Shown here: piece by piece, positions 63,973 to 64,000 of the stretch
How the letters are laid out: the number at the start of each line of letters is the position of its first letter
How positions within the stretch are numbered: the stretch's first letter is position 1
Assembly: GCA_964492195.1 (NCBI GenBank)
Contig: CAZBJL010000002.1
Location: 25,472 to 89,471, forward strand
Reading direction: 5' to 3'
Source: an uncultured Candidatus Saccharibacteria bacterium
Lineage (GTDB): Bacteria > Patescibacteriota > Minisyncoccia > Phycocordibacterales > DATGWK01
Length of the DNA stretch: 64,000 nucleotides
The notes under the pieces: model-generated
Told to the model about the DNA's origin: nothing
The model's input: the letters and a program-made list of their open reading frames with translations, nothing else
The model's database searches: none
Made by a program: the position numbers and the translations under genes

Positions 63973-64000
63973 ATGACAACCTCTGGGCATGTTGGAAGCT
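63973..64000 (+). CDS. 5' end of an SD-led ORF running off the window
   Basis: AAGGAG 6 nt before ATG 63973; open to the window end. Confidence 0.35.

Noticed and set aside
1-64000. CRISPR array or cas genes
   Set aside because: No regularly spaced 25-45 bp repeats with unique spacers and no Cas-like ORFs; the repeats at 57-58.5 kb are in-frame coding repeats
1-64000. Alternative genetic code (TGA=Gly, as in Gracilibacteria/SR1)
   Set aside because: Conserved genes are full length under code 11, and TGA ends rnpA, yebC, tsaE and mutM at expected positions

Overview
Origin region of a reduced, AT-rich bacterial chromosome. Gene content (type IV pilus genes, T4SS-type pilin, short PolA/HolA/YebC, tRNAs without encoded CCA) points to Patescibacteria/CPR, probably Parcubacteria. 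This assignment is an inference. The core block is yidC-rnpA-rpmH / dnaA-oriC-dnaN followed by a DciA-like ORF. It continues with PBP1A, tyrS, ruvC/yebC/ruvB/ruvA, pilB, tsaE-polA-holA, mutM, murE, rpsT, yqgF, pilMNO, rluD, rplS and 7 tRNAs. Main highlights: (1) A ~11 kb locus (51.3-62.2 kb) combining an apparently dedicated TatA/TatC pair, a KR-type Tat substrate, a signal-less phage-tail-fibre-like protein, a repetitive Ser/Thr fibre ending in a dockerin, and two membrane-anchored cohesin-like proteins. It is a candidate undescribed surface adhesion apparatus. (2) An ~8.5 kb element integrated at tRNA-Ser. Its att site lies inside the large serine recombinase gene, so excision would give the recombinase a new in-frame C-terminus. 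It carries a rolling-circle Rep, Xis, a type IIG R-M enzyme, and a DUF3800 nuclease with a convergent promoter-driven small hairpin RNA. An older att relic next to it brackets a nirK with a Met->Gln type-1 copper ligand. (3) Degenerate 5' or 3' tRNA fragments beside four other tRNAs. (4) A B. subtilis-like origin-unwinding motif with variant trios. (5) Widespread leaderless-type promoters on core genes versus SD-led ORFan cassettes. (6) A PEP-CTERM/HAF-repeat protein. All product calls come from motif recognition by eye; no searches were run.
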